Sequence record: OR565852
Reading direction: 5' to 3' (one strand)
Length of the DNA stretch: 44,932 nt
DNA from: Citrobacter phage phiNP
How positions within the stretch are numbered: the first letter of the stretch is position 1; each line of letters starts with the position of its first letter. The position numbers and the translations under genes were made by a program. The notes below the pieces were generated by a model. That model saw only the letters and a list, made by a program, of their open reading frames with translations, made no database searches and had not been told where the DNA came from. Shown here in pieces: positions 35,058 through 43,925 of the stretch.

Positions 35058-35753
35058 ATGAACATAGGAAACCGCATTAGAGAATTGCGCCTCGCAAGAG
35101 GCATGAAAATTTCTGACCTTGCTGATGCTGTTGGTATTGACGGCGCGAACGTTTCTCGCGTAGAGACCGGTAAGCAAAAGTCATTTACTGAACAATCGCT
35201 TAGCAAATATGCAAATGCGCTCGGCGTTGATGTTGCTGAACTCTTTACACCTTCCATAAATGAAACTACTGTATACAAATCCAGTGAGAATAATCCAGTT
35301 TATGGAGAGGATGACCCGGTGTTTAGAGTCGAAATGCTTGATGTCAGTGCCAGCGCTGGCATGGGTTTTATACAGGGTAGTGATGTCATCGATGTCATCA
35401 GATCGATTGAATACAACAGCGAACGGGCGGTCGCTCTGTTTGGTGGAAGAACGCCAGATACCGTTAAAGTGATCAACGTTCGCGGTGATAGTATGGCTGA
35501 TACTATAGAGCCAGGTGACCTAATCTTTGTTGATGTTTCAATTAATGAATTTGATGGTGATGGCATTTATGTGTTTGGTTTTGACGAGAAAATTTATGTC
35601 AAACGGTTACAGATGATTCCCGATAAAATTCTGGTGATATCTGATAATCCCAAATACAGAGAGTGGTCAGTTGATCAATCTAACGAAGACCGTTTTTATG
35701 TGTTTGGGAAAGTGATGCTTAGCCAATCACAAGCAATGAAAAGACACGGATAA
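35058..35753 (+). CDS. cI: CI-like repressor (N-terminal HTH plus C-terminal S24 LexA-like autopeptidase).
   Basis: The HTH is …IRELRLARGMKISDLADAVGIDGANVSRVETGKQ…. The S24 catalytic region is …VRGDSMADTIEPGDLIFVD…, with the catalytic Lys in …VKRL…. The track start at 34974 is probably an over-extension. Confidence 0.75.
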   Translation: MNIGNRIRELRLARGMKISDLADAVGIDGANVSRVETGKQKSFTEQSLSKYANALGVDVAELFTPSINETTVYKSSENNPVYGEDDPVFRVEMLDVSASAGMGFIQGSDVIDVIRSIEYNSERAVALFGGRTPDTVKVINVRGDSMADTIEPGDLIFVDVSINEFDGDGIYVFGFDEKIYVKRLQMIPDKILVISDNPKYREWSVDQSNEDRFYVFGKVMLSQSQAMKRHG

Positions 35754-35768
35754 CCCCTCTCCAGCAAA

Positions 35769-35794
35769 GAGCCGCCGCTTAATGGCGGCTTTTT
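35769..35794 (+). terminator. Intrinsic terminator after cI (GCCGCC-GCTTAAT-GGCGGC-TTTTT).
   Basis: A 6-bp GC stem followed by a U-tract, 16 nt after the cI stop. Confidence 0.55.
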
Positions 35795-35803
35795 CATACC
35801 CTA

Positions 35804-35859
35804 AATATTGCGAATTACGCATTTTATTACTTGCGTAATTCGCAATATTATTTTATCTT
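35804..35859 (+). promoter_or_regulatory. pL/OL-like element: a 17-bp perfect inverted repeat overlapping a rightward promoter (TTGCGT-17-TATCTT).
   Basis: The repeat arms are AATATTGCGAATTACGC at 35804-35820 and GCGTAATTCGCAATATT at 35833-35849. The arm sequence ATTGCGAATTACGCAT is near-identical to the OR site ATTGCGCAATACGCAT. The -35 box is at 35831-35836 and the -10 box at 35854-35859. Confidence 0.5.
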
Positions 35860-36745
35860 CATTCCATCAACAGCGAACAGGCAGGACGCCCACGAAGTAG
35901 CCGCCCGGGGCATATGAAGGCCGGGATGATTCGCTCAGAACATGGCGAAAGCCGAAAGACTTGAAGGCGGTTTTCTCAGGTTGCGCGCTAAAGCATAGCG
36001 GGGAGAACCTGGGGCGGAGAGCAAACCCCGCGATTCAGGACATGATCGCCTGTGCATACCAATAAGCCGTCTGGCAGCGTAACTGCTCTTTACATTGGCA
36101 CCGGCAAAGTGGCGCCGCTGAACCGAGGCTGGTGGATCGTAAAACCGCAGGAGCAAGCAACAAACGGTAGTCCGTATGGAGAAAAATCCGTTGAGTAAGG
36201 GGCCTGGCCGGAACCGTAACCGGCACACAACGATGAGAGCATTGACGAGCAAGGTTTAATGTCCGGTTCGATTCCAGACACCACGAAGCGGTGGCAATGG
36301 GCAGGGAAAAGGTCCGTTCAATTCGGACACCGGCAGTGCTCTCTTCGTTGTGGAGTATACAAGCGTATTGCAGCGCCGGTCGACGCAAAGACCCGTAAAT
36401 CGACTGAGCCGTAGTTACTGGCGGCCAATACCAAAACAGAGCGGCGGGAAGTAAGTAGGGGTAGCGCCCTGGTGTCACAACCAAATCACGCTTAGGACCG
36501 TGATAACCGTAGTACCAATATTGCTGTGTGTAGTCTTGGCGGTACCAGTTCCATCCCTTGAAGTCCCTGGTACCGCCCTTTTTACACAAGAGACAAGAGC
36601 ATCACCGGGCGACGGGCTCATAACCCAATCCACCCGGGCGTTAAGGAAGTGGTCTTCTCACCCATGACCAGCGCGCAGGTGCTCTTTTCTGTTGTGTATG
36701 GAGAAACTTACGGCGGCGGCAGCCGCTTAACCGAGAGGAAATGCT
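35860..36745 (+). ncRNA. ORF-free ~0.87 kb transcribed leader / candidate structured non-coding RNA downstream of the pL-like promoter.
   Basis: No plus-strand ORF of 60 aa or more is present. Hand-checked ATGs give peptides of 18 aa or fewer. Composition is phage-like. There are many local hairpins, including T-arm-like GTCCG-TTCAATT-CGGAC at ~36313-36329. Confidence 0.3.
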
Positions 36746-37117
36746 ATGAGCAATGATCGCATGACCGTAGTACCCGATTTTCTGGGTGAGCTGGACGCCG
36801 GCGTGTTCATGAACAAAATCGCCGCCGCGCTTAATACCACCGCGCTGGGTGTTCTAAATAACGGCACCAAAGGCAAAGTTGTTCTCACCTTTGATTTTGA
36901 GCGTATGGGGAATTCCGTTGAAGAGAAGCGCGTCAAGATCAAGCACAAGCTGAATTACAGCACCCCGACGCCGCGCGGTAAAGCCTCCGAAGAGGACACC
37001 ACTGAAACGCCAATGTGGGTTAACAAAGGCGGCAAGCTCACCATCCTGCAGGAGGATCAGGGGCAATTGTTCAGTATCAACGGCGCCACAGACGGAAAGC
37101 TTAAAGCGGCTCAGTGA
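36746..37117 (+). CDS. YfdP-like prophage protein (123 aa).
   Basis: First gene of a block syntenic with E. coli CPS-53 yfdPQRST. An AGGAAA RBS is present. Confidence 0.4.
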   Translation: MSNDRMTVVPDFLGELDAGVFMNKIAAALNTTALGVLNNGTKGKVVLTFDFERMGNSVEEKRVKIKHKLNYSTPTPRGKASEEDTTETPMWVNKGGKLTILQEDQGQLFSINGATDGKLKAAQ

Positions 37118-37173
37118 ACCGCTGACAACTAATTCACTGCCACCAATTCGATCATTTGTTAATAAGGAATTTT

Positions 37174-38001
37174 ATGTCTCAGGTAGACAGCGGTACTTTT
37201 AAGCAGGTTAAAGATCTGGTTCTTTCTGGTTATCACCTGAATGATATTAACGGCCTGGCTTGCCCAACAGCATTACTCCCGGAAGAAACTCGCGTTGAAA
37301 GCCTCGAGCGCTTTTCTCTTGAGCGCTTCCGTTTCCGTGGGGCCATGACCACAACCAGCATTGATGATTTTGCCCGTTATTCTAAAGGCTACGCCAGTAC
37401 CGAGGAACCTGCTCGCTGCTTTATTGATGCGGACAATATGACTGCGCGATCCGTGTTCAATATCGGCACGCTGGATAATCCGGGCCATGCTGATAACGTT
37501 GCTGCAATCACCCTGAAGCAGACTGCGCCTTTCCGCGCGCTGCTGGCGATCAACGGCGACCGCCTGAAGCAAAAGCAAATCGCTGAATGGCTGGAAGACT
37601 GGAGTGATTATCTGCTGGCCTTTGATGCTGACGGAAATACCATGCAAATTTCACAGGCTGCTCAGGCTGTTCGACGCATCACTATCCAGCAGGCCACCCA
37701 ACAAGATCATGAAGACGGTGATTTCAGCGGGAAAAAATCGCTGATGCAGAGTGTTGAGGCCAGCAGCAAAGATGTTATGCCTGTAGCGTTTGAGTTCAAA
37801 TGCGTGCCATACGAAGGGCTTGGTGAGCGTGCATTCAGCCTGCGCAATAGTCTGCTCACTGGTGACGAACCGCGTTTTGTACTGCGCATTGTTCAACTGG
37901 AAGCGCAGGAAGAAGCGATCGCCAACGAATTCCGCGACCTGCTGATCGGCAAATTCGACGGCGAGCCAGTGGAAACCTTTATCGGTAACTTTAAAGCGTA
38001 A
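37174..38001 (+). CDS. YfdQ-like DUF2303 protein.
   Basis: A ~275 aa protein following the yfdP-like gene. MSQVDSGTFKQVKD… has an AAGGAA RBS. The track start at 37156 is a TTG. Confidence 0.4.
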   Translation: MSQVDSGTFKQVKDLVLSGYHLNDINGLACPTALLPEETRVESLERFSLERFRFRGAMTTTSIDDFARYSKGYASTEEPARCFIDADNMTARSVFNIGTLDNPGHADNVAAITLKQTAPFRALLAINGDRLKQKQIAEWLEDWSDYLLAFDADGNTMQISQAAQAVRRITIQQATQQDHEDGDFSGKKSLMQSVEASSKDVMPVAFEFKCVPYEGLGERAFSLRNSLLTGDEPRFVLRIVQLEAQEEAIANEFRDLLIGKFDGEPVETFIGNFKA

Positions 38002-38139
38002 TTGCTCAGCCTTAATTGCCCTGCCCCGCGGGGCAATTAGTGAAGCGTAATTCATTTAAATATCGCCATCTGGCGAGGGATTCGTGCAACCAAAAATCAG
38101 CCGAAGGTGCAGCTGCGAATAAATGGAGAAATAAAACCG

Positions 38140-38682
38140 ATGAGCTACATACAGACATTATCAGGCAAGAAATTCGACTATGTGAATGCCACTGTTGACG
38201 ATATTGAGATCGAAGATATAGCGACCGCGCTTTCCCATATCTGCCGCTTTGCCGGCCACCTGCCGGAGTTCTACTCCGTGGCCCAACACTCAGTTCTGTG
38301 CAGCCAGCTGGTAGAGCCTGAGTTTGCCTTTGAAGCGCTGATGCACGACGCCGCAGAAGCGTATTGTCAGGATATTCCCGCACCGCTTAAAGCCCTGCTG
38401 CCGGACTACCGCCGGATTGAGGCGTTTGTCGACGAACTGATCCGCTTTAAATTCAATCTGCCGCTCACACAGTCTCCTGTAGTGAAATATGCCGATCTGA
38501 CAATGCTGGCTACCGAACGCCGGGATCTGGACATTGACGACGGTACATCGTGGCCCATCCTCGAAGGAATCCCCACCAGCGACCTTATCCAGATCGCTCC
38601 TCTTCGCCCGGGCCAGGCTTACGGACTTTTCATGACCCGCTTTAACGAACTGATGGAGCTGCGCGCATGCAACACCATATGA
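38140..38682 (+). CDS. HD-domain 5'-deoxynucleotidase (YfdR-like).
   Basis: The HD motif is …LSHICRFAGHLPEFYSVAQHS…ALMHDAAEAY…. It sits at the yfdR position. A GGAGA RBS precedes the ATG at 38140. Confidence 0.55.
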   Translation: MSYIQTLSGKKFDYVNATVDDIEIEDIATALSHICRFAGHLPEFYSVAQHSVLCSQLVEPEFAFEALMHDAAEAYCQDIPAPLKALLPDYRRIEAFVDELIRFKFNLPLTQSPVVKYADLTMLATERRDLDIDDGTSWPILEGIPTSDLIQIAPLRPGQAYGLFMTRFNELMELRACNTI

Positions 38683-38867
38683 AAGTAAAAGAACTGGTTG
38701 CCGCGGCACGCATGGCAGCGTCTGACCTTCCACCAGCAGCGGCACAGTTAATGCGTGAAGTCGCCACCAGACTGGATGTGACCTTTGTTGCCCTGAGTGA
38801 AGCTCTGGATCAGCGCGTCACCCTTATGGCAGAGAACGAAATTTTACGCGGGGATAAATCGCAATGA
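38667..38867 (+). CDS. Small hypothetical protein (66 aa).
   Basis: ORF overlapping its neighbours by 16 and 4 nt in the early-left operon. Confidence 0.3.
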   Translation: MQHHMKVKELVAAARMAASDLPPAAAQLMREVATRLDVTFVALSEALDQRVTLMAENEILRGDKSQ

Positions 38868-39190
38868 ACGAACAAACTACAGTTAAACACCTCCATTTCT
38901 ACGGTGCCAGCGATGATCTGCTGGAATGCGAAGGCGCGATCCGCGAGGAGATTGGTTGCTATAACTCTCCAGGCATCTATCACCTCAAATCCGCCGAGGG
39001 TGAAATGCAGGTTGTCGGTTATTACCTCGACTCCGGGCTGTGGAGCATCGGAATCAGCCAGGTCGCCGAAGATACGCCGCTGCCAGCGTGGCCCGTCACT
39101 TACGCCATGCATGAGCGTGGTTACAGTGTCCAGCTCACCATCACTGTGCCGGACGACGCCATTCTGGTTTTGTCAGAGGAAGATGAATGA
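38864..39190 (+). CDS. Hypothetical protein (108 aa), in the yfdT position.
   Basis: Coupled ORF in the early-left operon. Confidence 0.3.
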   Translation: MNEQTTVKHLHFYGASDDLLECEGAIREEIGCYNSPGIYHLKSAEGEMQVVGYYLDSGLWSIGISQVAEDTPLPAWPVTYAMHERGYSVQLTITVPDDAILVLSEEDE

Positions 39191-39918
39191 GCATTACCCT
39201 GCATAACGCCGACTGCTTCGATGTTTTTCCGACGATTGCCAGCGGTTCCGTAGACATGGTGTGTGCGGATATTCCCTACGGTACCACGCAGTGCTGCTGG
39301 GATTCGGTGCTTGACCTCGAGGTGATGTGGCATGAACTGTACCGCATCGCCAAGCCGTCAGCGGCAATTGTCCTGTTTTCGGCTCAACCGTTTACCGCGG
39401 TGCTGGTCGGCAGCAACCTGGCGGACTGGCGATCCGAGTGGATTTGGGAAAAAGGCAACGCCACCGGCTTCCTTAATGCCAAAAAACAGCCGTTGCGTGC
39501 CCATGAAAATATAGAGGTGTTTTATCGTCGCCAGCCGACATACAACCCGCAGTTTACCCATGGTCATGCGCGCAGAACATCGAAGCGCAAAACCGTCAAT
39601 TCGGAGTGCTACGGCAAAGCGCTGACGCTGACTAAGTATGACTCAACCAGCCGGTACCCGCGCGATGTGCAGTTTTTCTCGAGTGACAAGCAAACCGGTA
39701 ATTTCCATCCCACCCAGAAGCCGCTGGCGCTGGTTCAGTACCTGATCGAGACCTACAGCAACCCCGGCGATACGGTGCTGGATTTCACAATGGGAAGCGG
39801 TACCGCAGGAGTCGCCTGCCTGCGTGTCGGGCGCTGCTTTATTGGCATTGAGAAAGACACCTCAATATTTCAGGTCGCGCGTCATCGTATAGGGACTAAG
39901 CAGGAGCATGCAGCATGA
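39187..39918 (+). CDS. DNA methyltransferase, beta-class (DIPY variant of D/NPPY … FxGSGT), probably N6-adenine.
   Basis: Motif IV is …VCADIPYGT… and motif I is …DFTMGSGTAG…. Between them is an ParB-less 243 aa core. The protein is expressed from the early-left operon. Confidence 0.65.
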   Translation: MSITLHNADCFDVFPTIASGSVDMVCADIPYGTTQCCWDSVLDLEVMWHELYRIAKPSAAIVLFSAQPFTAVLVGSNLADWRSEWIWEKGNATGFLNAKKQPLRAHENIEVFYRRQPTYNPQFTHGHARRTSKRKTVNSECYGKALTLTKYDSTSRYPRDVQFFSSDKQTGNFHPTQKPLALVQYLIETYSNPGDTVLDFTMGSGTAGVACLRVGRCFIGIEKDTSIFQVARHRIGTKQEHAA

Positions 39919-40112
39919 AGATCCGCTGTTTTTTCGGGCTTCATAAATGGGTGCTGTTCAAGAAAGAGCTTCACCCATATCAATCTCTTAACGGACTGCA
40001 GCCAACTATTATTTTCCACTATGGGTGTAATGGCTGCGGCAAGACCAGAACAGAGACTCGCGAAGAGGGTTACTGGCATTCTTTTAAACCATCAGATTTG
40101 GAGCACATGTAA
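39915..40112 (+). CDS. Small Cys-containing hypothetical protein (65 aa).
   Basis: …HYGCNGCGK… may be a zinc-ribbon half-site. The ORF is coupled to its neighbours. Confidence 0.25.
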   Translation: MKIRCFFGLHKWVLFKKELHPYQSLNGLQPTIIFHYGCNGCGKTRTETREEGYWHSFKPSDLEHM

Positions 40113-40679
40113 TGAACCACCTTATGATCGACCTAGAAACGATGGGTAATAAGCCTGCTGCGCCAATTGTCGCGATCGGCGCTGTGTTTTTCGACCCGAA
40201 AAGCGGTGAGCTGGGCGCCGAGTTCTATGTGGCCGTCAACCTCGCCAGCGCCATGGATCAGGGTGCTACCCCTGACGGTGACACGATCCTGTGGTGGCTG
40301 AAGCAATCAGCGGAAGCTCGCGCTGCTATTTGTACCGACGACACTAAGAACATCGCCGAAGCGCTCTCCGAGCTTAGGTCATTTATTAGCCGTAACTCTG
40401 ACAAACCGCGTTATCTGAAAGTCTGGGGCAATGGCGCCAATTTCGACAACGTTATTTTGCGTTCAGCCTATGAACGCGCCGGCCAAACCTGCCCGTGGCA
40501 ATTCTGGAACGACAGCGACGTGCAGCACCATGGTGCTGCTCGGCAAACAGCTTGGTTTCGATCCAAAGCGCGATATGCCATTTGATGGTGTAGCCCACAA
40601 CGCACTGGCCGATGCCCACCACCAGGTGAAATATGTATCGGCAATCTGGCAGCGACTATTGCCCGCCAGCGCCGAATAA
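40112..40679 (+). pseudogene. DEDDh-family (DnaQ/RNase T-like) 3'-5' exonuclease gene split by a +1 frame change near 40511-40531.
   Basis: Exo I (MIDLETMG) and Exo II (WGNGANFDNVIL) lie in the frame of ORF 40112..40585. Exo III (…GVAHNALADAHHQV…) lies in the frame of ORF 40431..40679. The two frames share the junction WNDSDVQ/TMVLLGKQ. Confidence 0.55.
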
Positions 40680-40721
40680 TACCCCTAATAGCCCGGGTGC
40701 AGCCGGGCAATGGAGAAATTT

Positions 40722-40928
40722 ATGCTGAGCCTCGATTGTGTTCCCATCTCAACTTATTGCAAAGAGACAGGCGAAACTCCTGATGCGATCAACAAGCGCG
40801 TACAGCGCGGTGTGTGGCGTGAAGGGGTTCAGGTGCTGAAAGTCGAAGGCGTTAAGGAGAGATGGATAGATCTTAGTGAGGTTGCAAAATGGGCCAGACA
40901 GAATCGCCTAAACTCCCGCGCGGCGTAA
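40722..40928 (+). CDS. xis: Excisionase-like protein (Xis).
   Basis: A 68 aa basic protein immediately upstream of and overlapping int. A GGAGA RBS is present. Sequence begins MLSLDCVPISTYCKETGETPDAINKRVQRGVW…. Confidence 0.5.
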   Translation: MLSLDCVPISTYCKETGETPDAINKRVQRGVWREGVQVLKVEGVKERWIDLSEVAKWARQNRLNSRAA

Positions 40929-42055
40929 CCATCAGGAAACATCGCAACGGTCAAACCATCAATATTACTTTTACATATAAAGGGGTGAAATGCCGTGAGC
41001 CTCTTTCTAATCTGGACGTAACCCCTAAAAATATCAAATACGCCGAGCGCACACTCGGCGAAATCCATAACAAGATCGAAAGGGGAACGTTTGTTTACGC
41101 GGAATACTTTCCCCGTTCTACCCGATTAAAAATTTTCGGAAACGCTGCCGCAGGAAAAACGGTGAAGATGTATCTGGATGAGTATCTGGTGATCTGCGAA
41201 ACGAGGAAGCTTTCCCCTTCGACAATAGGCGGGTACAAGAAATGCCGAAGCGCATTGTCATCACTTCATATTTATCCTGCAAGTGAGTTGACGCCGGCTG
41301 CATTGAAGACATGGATCCAGAACCAGAAAACGACATTGAAGACCATCCGAAACCAGTTGTCATTCCTGCGTTCTGCATTGGATGAAGCAGTGACAGATGG
41401 TGTGCTTCAGATTAACCCTGTATCTCTGGTAACAGCCTCACGATACCAAAGTGATAAATCAGAGGCAGAAAGTAGTTATGTGGTTGATCCGCTATCACCA
41501 GCAGAAGTTGATGCTTTGCTCTCTGCTACTGGCAATAAGCAGTGGGAGAATCTTTTCCGGTTCGCGATACAAACAGGGCTGCGTAGTTCCGAATTGTGTG
41601 CTCTTCGTTGGCGTGATATCGACTTTGTAGGGAAGACTGCCCATATCCAGAGCGCCAGTGTTGTTGGTGTGATCAAAGGGACCAAGACAAAAGCAGGTAC
41701 CCGTAAAGTTGAACTCACAGATGAAGCAATGTCGGCTCTGATAAATCAGAAACCGTTCACGTTCATGAAGGGCGCTACTGTCTTTGAGGATCCAAAGACC
41801 AATAAGCCGTGGGCAAGTGCTGATGCAATTAGAAAAAAGGCATGGGTGCCGACATTGCGAAAGGCTGGTATTCGGTACAGAAACCCATATCAGACTAGAC
41901 ATACATTCGCCACATGCCATATCAGCCGGGGAACAAACTTGTTCTGGCTTGCGACTCAAATGGGACATAAAGGCCCAGAGATGCTTTTCCGTCACTACGG
42001 CTCATATCTGAAGGAATATGATGGACAAACAAGCCTGAAGAAGATAAAAATATAA
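40889..42055 (+). CDS. int: Tyrosine integrase (lambda Int family, IntS-like).
   Basis: The catalytic region …RHTFATCHISRGTNLFWLATQMGHKGPEMLFRHYGSY… carries the R…HxxR…Y signature. The gene is transcribed towards attR. Confidence 0.8.
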   Translation: MGQTESPKLPRGVTIRKHRNGQTINITFTYKGVKCREPLSNLDVTPKNIKYAERTLGEIHNKIERGTFVYAEYFPRSTRLKIFGNAAAGKTVKMYLDEYLVICETRKLSPSTIGGYKKCRSALSSLHIYPASELTPAALKTWIQNQKTTLKTIRNQLSFLRSALDEAVTDGVLQINPVSLVTASRYQSDKSEAESSYVVDPLSPAEVDALLSATGNKQWENLFRFAIQTGLRSSELCALRWRDIDFVGKTAHIQSASVVGVIKGTKTKAGTRKVELTDEAMSALINQKPFTFMKGATVFEDPKTNKPWASADAIRKKAWVPTLRKAGIRYRNPYQTRHTFATCHISRGTNLFWLATQMGHKGPEMLFRHYGSYLKEYDGQTSLKKIKI

Positions 42056-42058
42056 TCC

Positions 42059-43846
42059 ATGTCTGAATTATTGGCCGCAATTTGTGGCCATTTCATGGAA
42101 CAAGGTACAAACATGGCAAATCCAATAACCAAACTAAAAAAAATAAACGTTGTAAAATTTCGAGGACTAAAAAATATAAATATAGAATTTGGTTCGCGAC
42201 TAACTGTTATTTGTGGTAAAAACGGCACATCTAAATCGACAATTCTTGGTATTATCGCCCAAATTTTTAGTTTTACAAAAGATCTGTCTAAGAACCCCGA
42301 GGTTGATTTAACACAATATAAGACATTAACTAATGGCACCTTCAAGTCAGCTTTCAGTGAACATTTTAGACTTTCAGAACAATTTGATACTGCAGGTTCA
42401 ATGGAAGTCAGGATTAGTGTTTATGATGGTGCATCTAACAAACATCTTGAAAAGCTAACATTGGGTCTATACAGCTCCAGTGACAGGGATAAATCAAGGC
42501 CAATAGTCAGGGGCAATGATTCCATACCGGGGAAAAACCAAAGTAGAAACGTCACTCATCCAGTTATTTTTCTAAGCTTAGCAAGACTTCTCCCTATTAC
42601 TCTACGGACTGATTACTCAACAAGGGATGTTCAGTATATCAATGAAAACGCAGATGATATAAGAATAATGAGCAATCAACTCTTACTTAAGAATAATGGG
42701 TGCTCAGTAACAGCCACGAAAGGGACGATCGATTCAATGGTCGTACACGGCGATAATTACGACCATCAATCAGTCTCTGTTGGTGAGGATAATGTTGGAC
42801 AATTAATTCAAGCAATATTTTCCTTTAAAAGGCTAAAAGAACTTTATGACGATTATCATGGAGGTATTTTATTAATTGATGAAGCGGACGCAGGTCTTTT
42901 CCCTGCTGCTCAGTTAGAATTAATTGACATTCTAGCTAAAGCAGCTAAAAAATATGACTTGCAAATAATCATGACTTCTCACTCACCATTAATAATAGAA
43001 GATATTTTCAATCGTTCCAAACAAGATGCCAACGGATTTAAAACAATATATCTGACAGATACTTATGGTGATATTAAAACAAAAGACAATCTATCATGGG
43101 CCGATATCAATGCTGATTTGCATGTTGAAACTGTAAAAATAAATGATGAGATTAGCCTTCCAAAAGCCAACGTATATTTTGAAGATAAAGAAGGCTTCGA
43201 TTTTTTCAAACAATTGATAATTGATAGAAGAATAAACAGAATATTGAATCCATTAGGAAACATAAATATTAGTTGTACTGCTATCCTAGATTTAATGGCT
43301 AGAAAAGTCCCTGAGTTTACTAACAAAAGCCTAGTTGTCTTAGACGGTGATGTTGCTCTCGATAACAGTGACAATGCTAAAAAAGCGAAAAAAGAGAGAA
43401 GCTTATGCTTGCTTCCAGGCATTCTTCCCCCAGATCAAATGATTTTTGAATTCTTATATAACTTACCTCCAGACGATATATATTGGAACAATAAAAATAG
43501 ATTTACAAAAGCAGTATTTATGAAAATAACAAAAGACATAATTACAACATTAAAAATAAGTAACTATCCTATTGATTTACTAAATTCTATAGAGAATTAT
43601 AAAAAATCAAACAAAAACCATGGCGGAGTGGTTAGAAAACTATTTAAAGATTTTGTCCATACGCCTGAGTTCCTAGCACAAGTAAAAGGGCGAGTTAAAG
43701 ATAATCCTTATCGATATTGGGTCGAGAAACACCCCGTAGAATCCGATAATTTCAAGCATGAATTAATCAAAAACCTTAAAATTATTATGACAAATGGACA
43801 TGGCGTTGACTCTGCTACCATCACTTCGTATCTGTCTGGCAACTAA
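42059..43846 (+). CDS. OLD-family ABC-type ATPase with a C-terminal TOPRIM-like nuclease domain (putative anti-phage or abortive-infection nuclease) in an AT-rich cargo cassette.
   Basis: Walker A is …TVICGKNGTSKSTILGII… and Walker B is …GGILLIDEADAGLF…. The ABC H-loop is …MTSHSPLII…. The C-terminal half carries …VYFEDKEGFDF… and …LVVLDGDVALDNSD…, which fit the Toprim Glu and DxD elements. The ATG lies 3 nt after the int stop. The gene is markedly AT-rich. Confidence 0.5.
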   Translation: MSELLAAICGHFMEQGTNMANPITKLKKINVVKFRGLKNINIEFGSRLTVICGKNGTSKSTILGIIAQIFSFTKDLSKNPEVDLTQYKTLTNGTFKSAFSEHFRLSEQFDTAGSMEVRISVYDGASNKHLEKLTLGLYSSSDRDKSRPIVRGNDSIPGKNQSRNVTHPVIFLSLARLLPITLRTDYSTRDVQYINENADDIRIMSNQLLLKNNGCSVTATKGTIDSMVVHGDNYDHQSVSVGEDNVGQLIQAIFSFKRLKELYDDYHGGILLIDEADAGLFPAAQLELIDILAKAAKKYDLQIIMTSHSPLIIEDIFNRSKQDANGFKTIYLTDTYGDIKTKDNLSWADINADLHVETVKINDEISLPKANVYFEDKEGFDFFKQLIIDRRINRILNPLGNINISCTAILDLMARKVPEFTNKSLVVLDGDVALDNSDNAKKAKKERSLCLLPGILPPDQMIFEFLYNLPPDDIYWNNKNRFTKAVFMKITKDIITTLKISNYPIDLLNSIENYKKSNKNHGGVVRKLFKDFVHTPEFLAQVKGRVKDNPYRYWVEKHPVESDNFKHELIKNLKIIMTNGHGVDSATITSYLSGN

Positions 43847-43857
43847 TTGATTGAAAA

Positions 43858-43892
43858 GGGCTTTATATGATGGCCATAAAGCCCTTTTTTTG
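43858..43892 (+). terminator. Intrinsic terminator (AAAGGGCTTTAT…ATAAAGCCCTTTTTTT).
   Basis: A long stem followed by a T7 tract, directly after the OLD-like gene. Confidence 0.55.
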
Positions 43893-43925
43893 ATATACTT
43901 TAGACTTGACATTTAGAGGTATCAT

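Noticed and set aside
36290-36335. tRNA-like T-arm hairpins (GGTTCGATTCC; GTCCG-TTCAATT-CGGAC) that might indicate a tRNA gene.
   Set aside because: No matching acceptor stem, D-arm or anticodon arm could be assembled around them. They are probably local hairpins in the leader rather than a tRNA.
35935-36589. Long minus-strand ORFs (105 and 184 aa) inside the ORF-free leader region.
   Set aside because: Their translations are W/Y/C/R-rich with no plausible fold, for example WYYGYHGPKR and CRCQCKEQLRCQ. There is no RBS or coupling to neighbours. They run antisense to the pL-like transcript. I treat the interval as non-coding.
43896-43904. The 8-mer CTTTAGAC, shared with the sequence immediately after the attL core (26-33), which might be a second att arm or nested element boundary.
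   Set aside because: A single 8-mer match is expected by chance in 45 kb. No second copy of the ssrA core exists near the int stop, so nothing indicates a tandem or nested element boundary.
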